From the human T2T-CHM13v2.0 reference genome, Homo sapiens, in NCBI RefSeq assembly GCF_009914755.1, contig NC_060927.1: 64,000 nucleotides of DNA. One strand, given 5' to 3'. Positions 40,137 to 54,216 of this stretch are shown here, piece by piece (position 1 is the first letter of the stretch; every line of letters begins with the position of its first letter). Under the pieces are notes generated by a model. That model did not search any database. It was not told where the DNA came from and saw only the letters and a list, made by a program, of their open reading frames with translations. Made by a program: the position numbers and the translations under genes.

Positions 40137-40699
40137 TTACAAATATCAGTAATGTAACGGGGCAGCGAGATGTGTAAAAACTTTCTAATATCAGGCCATT
40201 ATAGCTATAATGTGCAGTGAGTGTCAGGGAATAAAGTTGATTGGTCATTTCTATTATGCTCTTGATATATTAAATTGGAGTCAGAAGGTATGAATTGGAA
40301 TACTAGTTGTACTGACTGTGTGACTTTCAATAGCATACTTTTGCTCTCAAGTTCTTAGTTTCCTCATATATAAAATGGGAATAATATAATATCTACCTCA
40401 TTGGATTGTTGTAAGGGTAAACTTATGTAATAAATGTTAATCTCAAAAACGTGTAAAGCACATGCTTGGTAGTGGTATTATATTGTTGTTAGTTATTATA
40501 AGAGAAATGTGGAGGAAATGAAGAGGTCTTAGAGAAATTCCTTAACCCATTAAATGCTGGACTACTTTTCAGAGCACATGGTCCAATCTTTCACAACTAA
40601 AAATTTAGGTGTGAAAGATTTAGTATAGTTTCATATTACTCTAAGGGTTGGAGACTACAAAAAAAACAGTCTCTGAAAAATAAGAAGTATGAAAAGGGC

Positions 40700-41200
40700 T
40701 GTATTTATTCCATATTGCTATTGATAAATTGCCCTTTAGAAGCTTAAAACAGCAGATATTTATTACCCCACAGTATATATGGATCAGAAATTTGGGAGAC
40801 GCTTAGCTGGATGGCTCTTCCTCAGTTACTAATTGAAGAGGCTGTCAAATTGTTGGTCAGGGCTGTGGTCATCTGACAGCTCCACTTCCAAGGGCAGGTA
40901 CATGGAAGCTGGTAGGAAGTCTCAGTTGCTTGCCATATGAACCTCCCTTATTGGGATGCTTTAGTATCCACATAACACATCAGCTGGCTTACCCCAGAGC
41001 AAGTGAGCCAAGAGGGCAAGGCCAAAATGCTTTTTATGACCCAGCCTCAAAAGTGATATATCATTACTTCTGCAGTATTCTATTTGTTAGAAATGGTTCT
41101 CTAAGTCCAAGCCATTCTCAAGAGCTGGGGAATTCAGCTCCACCTCTTGGATGGAGGAACATCAAAGAACGTGTTAACACGTTTGAAAGTCACTTCAGTA
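40700..41200 (-). mobile_element. MLT1-type MaLR LTR
   Basis: gcttaaaacagcagatatttatta...gcttagctggatgg...ttttatgacccagcctc...cacctcttggatggagga. Confidence 0.7.
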
Positions 41201-42699
41201 GCATACACAAACATTTATTTTCCAGTTGAATAAATTGAGGTCCAGAAAAGTGGACCTGGCCCTTACCGTTCCTCACTTCATTCTTAACATGATAATCAAC
41301 TGCCTGCAGTGGTACCACAACTGAAATGAGAGCTGTTTCGTTCTGATTAGGTCATTTCTTTTGCCTGTTGAAAGACTACAGAATGGGGGAAGTTATATAC
41401 TCTAAACTTCTGGCATTCCTCTGTTTCTCTCAATTCCTCTCTCCTTTGCTCTGCTGTAGATAAAAGGCGGTCTCTTGAAGCTGGAGAAGGATAGGGCGGA
41501 TGGGGCTTGTTAGCCATGTTCTGGTCTGGGGTCTGTGTACCGAAATAGAACTTTTATCATGGGTTCATCTCTAGAGAGATTGAAAACGGTTTTACTCTAA
41601 AAAGCAGCCACTGCAAAAGTAAGCATGAGCTTTCAAAGAAAGGTAATTGCTTTATCTGAAAAAAAAATACAGTTTCTTGTCTTACCTCTGAACTGAAATG
41701 GTTATCTATTAATAATTGAGTGATTTCTCCTCTCTGTACATCAGGCTTTTGAGTCTCCCAAATGGATGGGGTTGCACTGGGAATTCTGTAGGATGTTATA
41801 ATTCTATATAGTTTTTACTTACTGAGTAATGCTTAAATAACCTCCTCCCCTCACCATATACACACACACACCAGCACCAGCATCGAGTAATACTGGGAAG
41901 AATATTTAAAAGGTGAGAGGCTTCTGAAAGGAATCATAAATACCCCTGTCTGTTAGACCTAGCTCTTGTTACATGCATTTCTTACTTGTAAAGCTAAATA
42001 GCTAACTTCTGTTTTTCCTTATCTGTTTTCTGTCACTCTCTGAAACAAGTAACTCTGAGGAAATATATTAAGTTTACAGGAGATCTATTCATAGTTTAAC
42101 TCTGGTGCTTCCAATTTTTCTAAACCAATTTGAATCTCAAGGTCCAAGGTAACTAGTTTGTAAATTAGAATGAAAAGAAATGTTACCTTTTGTCTTCTGA
42201 ACAGCTTTATGCCCTTATCTCTTACTCACACAAACTGTAGCAAGCTTCCTATTGTAATATATGTCCATATATTTCATTATACCAAAAATAAATACATAAA
42301 TAAATAAATAGGGGCTGGTTTTGAAATTAGTGTATAAACAGTGACATCTCAGGAGTTAAGAGACCTGAGTTCTAATCCAACTTATAATTCCTTTCTTATG
42401 GGACCTCAAGCAAGGCATATGACATAGTTATCCATCAATATAATTCAAGGATCTCTATGTGGCTTTCCGTCTCTGGTATTCTAGGAGTCTGTGTAAAAAT
42501 AGTGAAGTTTCTGTGGGTATCAAGGCACAATCCATGACCCCTTTCAGGTAGTGCAGAATCAGATATCTAAAGAGGCTGGAATTCCCTATAAGTGCATAAA
42601 ATGCTAGTTGAGTTGCACAAAATCAAACCAAATCTCAGATGCCCCCACTTTTCTACTCTTCCTGAGTCAATTGCTTCCTCAAAAGGTCACAGTTTTCTC

Positions 42700-44260
42700 C
42701 CCCTACTTCTCCTCAAGAATCCCAAGAATATAAGCTACACGTACACGACCACGCTGTTCGTAGAAAATGCCAAGTACTTTTATGGCCCACATGCTTTGTC
42801 AAAGTTACTTCTGTTTGGAATGCCTGCTCCTTTTCCCCTCCACATAGAACTTTTACAATGATTCAAGTTCAGCCCAAATGTTTTTAAACCCTTCCAATGT
42901 TTCCCAGGCAGAATTAGATGTTTCTTACCCTTGTATTATTCCTAAGACTTCTGGTGTTAAGTTATAAATTGCTACATATCTGTTTTACCTGCTGTTCTGT
43001 AAGCTCCCATGAAGAAATATTATTTATTGAATCTCTAATCTGAGCACTTAGCATAGTGATTAGTACGTGGCAATTTTTCTATTAATGTTTTCTTAAATAA
43101 ATTAATTATCATGGCGACTCTCATCAGGATCTAAGTAATAAAACCTTGCATCTTTCTTTGTTTCATCTCCCCTCTATCACAGATGTAATGTTTTATTAAA
43201 GGCACCATTTTAGTCTTTTGCTCATTACTGTATGAAATGAATTTCAATATTGGAATCCAGAGGCTTCCAACACCACATCCAGCACCACTAAATTTGGCCC
43301 TTGGCATTACTTCAGGACAGATGGTCTGTGACGGAGTAGGGGTGAAAAGAGCCCCAGCTGTGCCGTCCCTGGCCTGGCTGCTACCCTCACATTAAGGACT
43401 TCCATCCCTGCTCTTCTCTATCTGCATAACAGCTGATGCTAGAATCAGCACCATGCTCATTGGCAGATGTTCTGTTTGTGATCTTGCTATTAAATAGGCC
43501 CAAAAGGACAGGACACTAAGCTCTGATAAATACTCTCTACCTACAGTGTACCACAGAGTGTCTCTGGCTAATGAATTCCGAGAGAAAAAAGCAATCTTTT
43601 TTTTATTTAAAATACAAATGATATGGCAAAAATAAAATAATGTACTGTGTTGATTTAGGTACAGTCGGTAATTAAGAGATCGGCTCTTCCAAATGCCTTG
43701 AATAGTGTATATTGTCCTCTATGGGTCAGTAAACTCCTGCAGAATGACACAACCTGCAGCCCTTCTTCCCAGGCTCATCACCACTGCTGCAGTTCAGGGC
43801 TCATAATCTCTCAAAACAGCTTTCAGTTTCCCTTAATCACTCCATTCTTTCCCCTTCAAACTCTGTACATCCATCACCAAATCAATCTTTCTTGATTTGG
43901 TGTCACGGTCACACTGACCGTGACACTTTAACTCTCAAAGACTGTGTCCCCTTACTTCCTAAAAGATACATTTGTTTTGGTTTGTTTTAGTCCAAATTTA
44001 GGACATTCCATTCTCTAGCCTTAGCCGATCTTCAAAAACTTAGTTCTTTGCGCTTCCAGATATGCGCTCAACATCCCAATTCAAATAAATGACTTGGCAT
44101 TTCTTGAGTACATTTCCATCACTGTGGCCATGGTCAAGCTGTTACTGCTGGGAAAACCCTCCTACTCATCTCACACGTTCACTCTCAAGGTACAGTTCAA
44201 ACACAATTTTTCTGATACTTCCAGCAGAAAATATTTTCTTTCCTATTAAATCCCCTATAG
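42700..44260 (+). mobile_element. L2 fragments
   Basis: L2 3'-end motifs at 42950-43100 and 43750-44260; boundaries approximate. Confidence 0.55.
43907..43919. promoter_or_regulatory. Perfect consensus estrogen response element motif GGTCAcacTGACC (function untested)
   Basis: Exact GGTCAnnnTGACC inside a 27-bp perfect inverted repeat. Confidence 0.5.
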
Positions 44261-44272
44261 CATTTTTCCTGG

Positions 44273-44589
<317 letters not shown>

Positions 44590-44602
44590 TTTCCTGTATT
44601 TT

Positions 44603-46880
44603 TATTCATTCACTCATTCAACAATATTGAGTACCTACTCAAGGCCAAGAACTATTACAGAAACCAGGAAAACACATCAGTGAATAAAACTGACAAATTC
44701 CTTCCTCTATTCAAGCTTACATTTTAGTGGCAAGAGACAGATAATAAAGAAACTAAATAAGTAAAATATAGAGCTTGTTATATGATAGATAAAAAAGAGA
44801 CATGGAGTGAAGAGTGCTGGCAAAGGGCTGTCAATTTCAAATCGTATTCCTAGGAGGCCCCACTCCAAAGGCGGCTTTTGAGTGAAGATCTTAAGGATGG
44901 GGGAGAAGAAACAGACTTAACAGCAAGTGTAAAAGCTGTAAGATGTCAAAAATCCAATGCAAGGAATCCTGTGATTAGTATACATGGATCATGTGGGAGA
45001 GTAGGCAATGAAGTCAGAGGTATTAGAGTGAGGTGGCACTAATGTATGTCCTTGTAGGCCACGGTAAGGACCTTTCATTTAGCTCCACATGAAGTGGCAA
45101 ATCTATCTCTGTAGCCCCAGAAGTAAACATATGGCATACATATACCATGTATGTAAGAATAGTTTAATAATTTTCTTTTCAGATGTGTGGACAAAGTTTA
45201 GGAAACCCAATATGAGACAGTATAGTACCCAGTAATAGTATAGTTGGAAACATCAATTCCCTAGGCCTAAAGTGGCAAGAGGATGGAGTAGTTATAAGAA
45301 AACAGGGATATCTTCATGGAGTGGGCAATGGGGCATCAGCTGTGGTCTTCCACAGAGGGATACAGCCGACATTTGGCCAGATAGAAGCAAGGGGAATACC
45401 TAGGTCTTACTCTCCTGCCCACCAATCTCTGGCTAGTGTCCTCACTGTTGAATCCAACCATAATCCAGAGATCAAAAAGTCTGACAGATGCTACCTAAAA
45501 AGTGCAGTGTCCTATGACATAAAACAGGGTAGAGAAGAATAAAAAGGATCTAGGGGACACAGAAGATATCCAGCTTTGGGATCTCTTGGTGAGATCTGAG
45601 CAGAGTTGTAACATGGCCTACCTTATAGTTTAGCAAGATAACTGCGTCTATTTTGTGGAGAATAACTAGAGAAAAACCAAAACAAAGTTGAAAGGCTACT
45701 GAAGTAAACTGAAAGATGATAGAATGCAGTCTCTTCTGTTGATTTCCAAATTTAAAAAAATCATCAAGATAATCAGACTAGAGTGGGTATGAAAGATGAT
45801 GTGGTGGATATCAGATATGAGACAAGTATGAAATAGTCATCTAGAAAATTCAGAGAGTGAGTATTCTAGGGCAATGTGTTACAATTTCTGAAGAATAATG
45901 AGAGTCTAAATGAGAACAGTGGCCGTATAATTGATATGAGACCAGTCTGAATGGTTTTGTGTTTTTCTCCATCACATTTGTCTGCACATATGCAGGTGGT
46001 AAGTAGGTGGAGAAGTGGGTTTAACCAGGGTGGGAACTGAAAATGCATGCCAAGGCATGATTATGTTGATTGGCTGCGGACTTTAAGCCATATAAGAGTA
46101 AAGTGAGGACGTAAGAGAGTTTAGAAATTGTGAAACATGGTAATAACAATAGATTGGAGGCCCGGTCATGTCAAAGGATTATTGGAGTTACAGTACTAGG
46201 TCAAGTGTGCTAGGAAGGTGAGTTGATGGAGTGAATGTGATGCTGGAAACTGAGCTCATGAAGAAGTTGAAATTCTAGCATCGTAACATTAAGTGTAAGA
46301 TAGTGGCAGTGAGGGAGTGAGGTAGACTGAAAACAGGACCATTATAAGGGAGGAGATCAAGAAATTGAGATGCCAAAGTATCAGAAGTATAACCTATGTG
46401 AATATTTCAATCACCAACAACTAAGGCAACATTAATGAGATAATGTCAGTAAACAAGGTTTTCAAATCATGAAATAAGGAGAAGGGATCAGGGATAGCAG
46501 ATGACTGATTTTTTTGCATTCAGAGATGCAATTCCTGATTGCATTCAGGTGGCAATATGGATGATTTATATCAAATTTAAAGTTGGAAAAATTTGTAGAG
46601 GAGGGAATGACAATGGTCTAGCAAGAGAATGGGAAAGCACGATGTTTATTTTACTGCCACATCAATTGTGAAGGGGTGTGGGAAGAAAACAGTAGCTACC
46701 TGAGAGAGCTAGAGGAGAAACAGTATCTTCAAGGGCAAACCAGTTTATATTAGAATAAGAAAAGAAGGAAAGTTACAGAGGAGAGATAGGGGATGTCAAA
46801 AGTTTTATTTGACTGATCATAAGTCCTAGAGGGCTGGGTCAAAGTGTTGTAGTGCTTAGGAGGGGAGAAGGCAAGGTCAG
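44603..46880 (-). mobile_element. L2, interrupted at about 45100-45575 by an old LTR-like segment
   Basis: attcattcactcattcaacaatattgagtacctac is the reverse complement of the L2 3' end; purine-rich L2 body. Confidence 0.6.
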
Positions 46881-47515
46881 AAAAAGAAAAGTATAGAATC
46901 ATATAAATATATAACAACTAATAAAATCACTTTATATGATCATGGAATCAGAATTTCAGTGTCCAATAATCAAAACCCAAGCTCCTCTTGGATCCATCAC
47001 AGAAAAGTAAGTCTCAGAGAGTGAGAAAAGACCTTGCCTACAACTGTTCTCCTTAGCTCTAACCTTCTATTTATGCTTCCCATATAATGAATAACAGCAG
47101 TCAAACCATTAATGCAGAGATAATTAGTCCAAGATAATTAGGGAGAAATTTTTCTTCCTTTTGAAAGCCACCCAAAGTCTACAATTAAAGGTTCATTCAA
47201 TTATGACAGTGCCTATATTCAACACAAGTCACACAGCCTGAAGACAAAACCTGCCCTTGAGAGAAACAAAGAAAAGTTTAAAGTCAAAATATTTCAAAGA
47301 AAGTCTGCTTCCAATTATATTTTATCAAATCAATTACCGTTAGGAAGAGCTTTCAATATATTTTATTCAGGAATTTGAATTTTTTTATTCAGAGCTATAA
47401 ATCAATTAATTAATCAATTATCATTAATTCAGCAACAATCCAAAACAGAATAGTAAAATGTTACACACAAAAGGCACAGAGAAAACTTTTGCAAGTACAG
47501 TGCATAATTACTTCC

Positions 47516-47812
47516 TTTTTTTTTTTCTTTGAGACACAGTCTCACTCTGTGGCCCAGGCTGGAGTGCAGTGGCACAATCTTGGCTTACTGCAAACTCTGC
47601 CTCCCAGGTTCAAGCGATTCTCGTGCCTCAGCCTCCTGAGTAGCTGGAATTACAGGCATGAGCCACCATGCCCAGCTAATTTTTGTATTTTTAGTAGAGA
47701 CGGGGTTTTGCCATGTTGGCCAGGCTGGTCTCAAAACTCCTGACCTCAAGTGATCCACCTGCCTGGGCCTCTCAAAGTTCTGGATTACAGGCGTGAGACA
47801 CTGCTCCTGGCC
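47516..47812 (-). mobile_element. AluSx/Sz-like
   Basis: Full dimer; TSD CATAATTA. Confidence 0.95.
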
Positions 47813-48559
47813 CATAATTATTTTCAAATTTTGAAAAACAAATTGAAAACATATCCCATTAGCTATGTTTGTGAAACATACAGTCTTTTGAAGAATTAAA
47901 AGAGAAGTCATGAAGATAACACAACCGTTTCCTCTGGAATTATAACAAAATCATACTCAATAGCATGTCCATAGCAGACTATATTGTTTTATTATGCAAA
48001 CCTTAATCTGGAAAACTCTAGGTTAGATATTTGATTCAAAAAATTACATTGATCTATTCAGGGAATTACATTAATTGCGTGAGACAGGCTGTAGCGACGG
48101 GCCATCAAGTTTAAATAACTGCAGACAGTGACTCATCTCTTGGAGCACATTTCACATGGCTTAATTGATAAAAACTATGAAAAAAGCCACAACTATGTAC
48201 TTTATAAATAGTTGTGTTTATGGACATTGATTTCCTTTAAAAATAAATATTTCTTCCTACTAGGTAGTCCTTTTCAATCTATCTGACCTTGAAATTGCTA
48301 TGAAGTGTTGTGTGTGGGAGGCCGCAGGGGACTGGCTGGAGAAAGAAAGGGTAATGAAAAGTAGTAGGATCCACCTACTCTCACTCACATACATTATACC
48401 ATTTAGACAACAAGAGGCAGGATAATTATCCCCATTTCATAGATGAGAAAACCAAAATTCGGAAAAACTAACTTGTTCAAGATAAAACAGATAACAAGTG
48501 GCAGAACCAGGATTTGAAAACCAGATAAATCCGGCTTCAACATCTAAATTTTCCACACA

Positions 48560-48858
48560 GGCTGGGTGCGGTGGCTCACGCCTATAATCCTAGCAATTTG
48601 GGAGGCCAAGACAGGTGGATCACATGAGGTCAGGAGTTCGAGACCAGCCTGACCAATATGGCAAAACCCCATCTCTACTAAAAATACAAAAATTCACCGG
48701 GCACGGTGGCGCACGCCTGTAATCCCAGCTACTTGGGAAGCTGAGGCAGGAGAATCGCTTGAATCAGGAGGGTGGAGGTTGTAGTGAGCCAAGATCGCAC
48801 CACTTCACTCCAGCCCGGGCGACAGAGGGAAACTCCGTCACAAATAAAATAAAATAAT
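48560..48858 (+). mobile_element. AluSx-like inserted in a MIR
   Basis: Full dimer; TSD AAATTTTCCACACA. Confidence 0.95.
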
Positions 48859-50220
48859 AAATTTTCCACACAAATAAGACTCCCTCATAACATTTCAAAT
48901 AAACATGATTCTTAAGTGGTTGTTTATATTTTATATCATTGACATACTGTGATGATGAAATGTGATCAAGAACTGTTTGATGATTAATAAGCTGTATTAT
49001 TTTGTCATTACAGATTATAAGACTATCAAGATGGCCTTGTGAGTTAAAATGTCTGTTTAACTCTTTTGAATTAAAATGTTATGTTATGGCAATAGCAATA
49101 GCAATAAATCACATTTATATAACACTTTATAGTTTCAAAATATTTCCACATAGTCTACCTCCTTGTGATTCTGTTCTCATAACAACTTGTGAGGTAGGCA
49201 GAACTGATATTATTCCCACTATTTTATATTTGGGAAATTGAGGGACAGAGAACTTTGCTCAAATCAAATTAATGAAGAGCCCATATGAAAACACAGGTAA
49301 TTCATTCATCGATGTATGTACTCTTTTAACAAATAATTTTACATATCTATTATGTGACACATACTCTTATTTCTTAAGTGATATCTAAGCTATTACTCAT
49401 TCCATTAGTTGAAACCTTATATTACAAGATATATTAGATATGTTAATGACAGTGCCTACCACCCCTAACACCTTTTCAAATCCCAACCTACCACCTCTAC
49501 TAAGAAAAGCTGACGTCGTTTGTTCTTTGAGTGAGTTCACTAATTTGGACTGGTCCGAGAGCAGCAAATTCATTCACTGGCTGCTACCATACAAAGTAGT
49601 CTAGTATGAAATATCTGCTCACAGGGGCAATGGCTGTTGAAAAGGCCAATTAGATCATCTTCCTTTGGAATTTGAATAGGAAAACATAGAACAAAAAAAT
49701 AGCTTTTGGCAGGAGAAGCATAAAAAAGAAGACACTTAAAAAGAATCAGAAACTGAGCAAATAGGAATTCCAGACCTCTGAGTTAAATGCCAGACTTAAT
49801 AGAACAGAAGTCCTTGTTCTTATGCTGGACACATAGCATTGCTGGCTAATATATTTAACATAAATTAAAACTATTAAAAAAAAAGATAAAGCAAGAAAGA
49901 GAAATATTCAGAGGCCAGAAATGAAAAATAAGCCCAGAGCAACAGCAATGAGCAAGAGGCCACACTGCCTCTGGGAGAGTAGGGGTATATGCATTAGTAG
50001 CTTAAACATTTAATGCTACATGCAAAAACTAGCCAAAACTTCAGTTCCCACATATAGAGAGGATTGTAGCTGGGCTCTTAAGTACAAATGAGAAGCCAAA
50101 CTTAGTGCTGCTTTGTATATATACGGGGTCCTAAAATCTCTGAAAATCCCTGCCCGCTTACCAACAAAACCTGAGGTCACAGGCATGAACAAAGTCACCA
50201 GTAATAGACTGAGATCTTAC

Positions 50221-50386
50221 AGGAAAAATAACTAATGAGTAGTAGGCTTAATACCTGGGTGAAAAAATAATATGTACAACAAACCTCCATGACATGAGTT
50301 ACCTACATAACAAACCTGTACATCTACCACTGAAGTTAAAATAAAAGTTAAAAATAAATAAATAAAATTAAAAATTACAAAAAAAA
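50221..50386 (+). mobile_element. L1PA/L1PB 3' end with A-tail
   Basis: ggcttaatacctgggtg...tgtacaacaaacc...aacaaacctgtacat...aaaataaaagttaaaaa. Confidence 0.8.
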
Positions 50387-51359
50387 GAGAGCGATAATGA
50401 GATACTCGTCCTTTACCTATGTGGAGCTCAAGTTTACGCTATCTGAAATATTTGGAAAAATCCTAAGGAAAAAAAGCTGACATAAAAATTAGAACTAGCA
50501 AACACCTTAGGACCTAGGCAGAGGCAACTATAAAACTGCTCCCTTGGAGAAACTTACGGTATTCAGCATTTGCATAAGACTCCCTAAGAAGCTGACCCCT
50601 GAAGATGTTCTTAACAAATATCAAAAGCAGACAAACAACAGACTTTCCAAATGGGAAAATTCATATGCATGGAACCGCAGGAAAGAGAGAGATAAGTATT
50701 TTTATGTGTTTATAATGCTCAAAATAATCAAAAGTGAAACCAAACCAATAAAAAAGAAAAAGAATGGATCATAATATAAAGGTAAGTAGCTTTGACCATC
50801 AGTGAACTTCTTACCAGCATAAATTGAAGCAAGTCTGCTTCTGGAATAATATTATTCCAGTGTTGAGGTGTTGAGGGAAAAAAACCTGTCCCCAAATTAG
50901 ATACCCAGGTAAACTATAATTCACATCAGTCGATAAAATAAAGACATTTCTAAAAAGCAAACGCTGAGTGAAAGCACTATCCATGAAATTTACAAAAAGG
51001 AAATATACTTAATCAAGGAAGAAAGTGAAGCTAGAAGGAAGGAATCATATGTAAGAAGCAAACATAAGTAAAGAAATAAAAAGTATTGAAAACAAACTTA
51101 AGTATTCAATGTAAATTTTAAAAATGATAATTATTTAGCATTTGTGGAATGAAAATACTAGATAATTATATGGAAGGCCAGAGGGGAGAAATTAAGATGG
51201 TTGTGAAACTCAGGTTTTTTTGTTGTTTGGGAGAATGATAGAAACATTATTTAGTTTATCAGACAAATATCAACCAAATAGGTATATTAAAATACAGTAG
51301 AAACCACTAAAATAACATAAATATTTAACTTAAAAAGCAATAGGAAAAGAGAGAAAATA

Positions 51360-51660
51360 GGCCAGGAGTGGTGGCTCACAACTGTAGTCCCAGCACTTTG
51401 GGAGACCAAGGGGGCGCGGATCATGAGGTCAGGAGTTCAAGATCAGCCTGGCCAAGATGGTGAAACCCTGTCTGTACTAAAAATACAAAAATTACCCAGA
51501 TGTGGTGGCGGGCACCTGTAATCCTAGCTACTCGGGAGGCTGAGGCAGAGAATTGCTTGAACCTGGGATGCGGAGGTTCCAGTGAGCCGAGATCATGCCA
51601 CTGCACTCCAGCCTGGGCGACAGAGCGAGACTCCGTCTTAAAAAAAAAAAAAAAAAAAAA
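51360..51660 (+). mobile_element. AluS within an A-rich old L1 segment
   Basis: Full dimer with poly(A). Confidence 0.95.
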
Positions 51661-52104
51661 GAGGTAAAATATAGACAGTACAGACAAAAAAGACAATTCT
51701 ATCAATCCAACAGAGGGCAGGAAAGGCTGGAAGAAAAAAAATGAGAAAACACAAATTTTTCTTGTAAAAATAAGTTCAACTGTGTTAGTAATATATAAAA
51801 TATAATACCTCTGAACAATTTTAAAATAGAGGAAACATTTGTGAATTATGGATATATGTTGTGTATGTGTGTTTGTAAGTAAAAAATATAGAAAACAAAA
51901 CACTCCCAATTTGTATCAATGATTGCTTCTCAAAAAGAGGAAGAGCAATTAAACTGGGAATTGGGGCAAAGGGTTTCAACTTTATCTGTAGCATTTTGTT
52001 TCCCTTAGAAAAAAAGTCTTTAACCAAATATGACAAGATTATCGGTTGTAAATTCTGGGTGGTGAGTACATGGGTATTTTTAAACAGCCTGTTTGTCCTT
52101 TGAT

Positions 52105-52428
52105 TTCTCTTTCCTTCTTTTCTTTCTCTCTCTCTCTCTCCTTCCTTCCTTCCTTTTTTACTTCCTTTCTTTTTCTTTCTTTCGTCCTCTCTCTTTCCCT
52201 CTTTCTTTCTCTCTCTCCTTCCTTCCTTCCTCCCCCTCTCTCTTTCTTTCTTTCTTCTTTCTTCTTCTTTTTTTTTTTTTTGAGACAGGGTCTCACTCTG
52301 TCACCCAAGCTATAGTGCAATGGTAAGATCATACCTCACTGCAAATTTGACCTCCTGGGCTCAAGCAATCCTCCCTCCTCAGCCTCTGGAGTAGCTGGAA
52401 CTACAGGGGTGAGCCACCACACCTGGTC
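52105..52428 (-). mobile_element. FRAM/AluJ monomer with an expanded CT-rich tail (52105-52270)
   Basis: Single Alu arm (gagacagggtctc...gggctcaagcaatcctcc) preceded by a long polypyrimidine tract. Confidence 0.85.
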
Positions 52429-54216
52429 CTGTGCTTTATTTTTTTTTAAGTCTCTATTTTTAATTAAAAGTGGTAAGCTCATATGAATAGTAAATTACCG
52501 AAGTAAAGGTCCTGAACTCCCGCTTCTGCTAGATGGCAGTAGATAACTCCATTCTTGGGGCTTCCAGGACATATTCTTGGGTTCCTCTAAGACTTGTTAA
52601 TTGTTTACTGACATGTATGTTTTTAAAATAAATTCACTTCATTTGAAGTAGCTTGAGAAAACTCTCTATTGCTTTTCATTAAAAATAATTTACTATGCAC
52701 ATAAACATGTAGGTCCAAGAAACTCTAATAGTAGATTTGAAAAAAGATCAATATCATCACTAATATATAAACTTTATTTGATTTTATTTTATCGGATTTG
52801 ACTTGATTCAATGTAATTCAACAAACATTTACTCAAGCAGGCACTAAGCCAGATGTGGTGAATATGAAGATGTATAAAACATGAATGTATCTTTCAAGTA
52901 GCCTATCCATTGGTGGAGTGATAGACAAATGGGGAAAAAGAAAGACTTACAATACATAGTAACAAATATAAGAAAAGAAGCCAGCGTGTATGGAAAAGAT
53001 CCAGAATTGATGTAGTGAGAGAGGTTTACTCAGAGGCAATGACATCAGAGTGGTGATTTGAAGAATAAATGGGAATTTAATTCCATCCGTTTGACTCAAG
53101 ATGCATCTGAGGCTATTTTAGTCACCGTTAAAACATAAATCCAGGAAGAATAAAAAAAGTCATTTTTAATTATCAGAAAAAACATATTCTTACAAATATA
53201 TCTACATGACTCTGAGGGTCCTAGAAAAAGCTGAAAGCTTCTTTTGGCTGAATGAATTGCCTCACCAGACAACTCAGAGACATTCAGATTCCTCAGAATT
53301 GATTTTTTAGTTCATTTGCAAGATTATGCTTATATTATTTACTTAATTTAACAATTGTATGTTTATTTTTCACTGTTTCAAATATAATATCTTTGGGTAC
53401 ACATAGTAGAAATTTGCTAAAAATGGAATTAAACAATAAAAAATTATTCATTTACATATAAATAGAAATTTAGAGGTAAAACAGGACCCATTGAAATATG
53501 ACTAATGGTTTAACAGTGTAAGCAAGAGTGCAGATGGAAAAATTCCCGCCATCTCTTTACTTTGCTGTCTAAAATCTTGTCTTCAATGACTAAATGATTA
53601 CTGTATTCGTCATGTTCTCCAGAGAATCAGAACCAATAGTAATGGGGGGAAAGGGTTTCGACTTTATATATAATTCATTTTATATTTACCTGGATATTTA
53701 CCTATACTCATGTTCTTCATTCCTTCCTGTTTATCAAGGGTTTTATTCCATATAATTTATTTTCAGCCTGAATAATTTTGTTTAAACATTTAAAAAGTTT
53801 TTATAGTGTGGGTAAACTGAAAATCAATTATGTCAGATTTTTTCTTTCTGAAAATATTTTATCTAATTTTGAATGATATTTTTATGAGGTATAGAATTCA
53901 AGGTTGACAATTATGCTTTCTTTTGTTTAATTTTAGCACTTTAAAGATTTCTAGTAAGAAGTCAGCAATCATTTGTACTGCTGGTACCTCTACGTAATAT
54001 GTTTTTTTCTCTTTGGATGAATTAAAAATATAAATTTATTTTGGTAAATTTACATAAATTAAAATTCACACATGCTATGTGTATATATTAATGACACTTT
54101 ATCATTATGTATACCCATGTAACCACCAACTTAATCAAGATATAGAATATTTCCATCATTCCAGGAAGCTCCCTCAACCCCCTTTTCAGTTAATTATGTA
54201 CACATCCCAGTGTCAT

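Noticed and set aside
52039-52332. K/E/R-rich and F/S/L-rich ORFs
   Set aside because: Translations of the CT simple repeat
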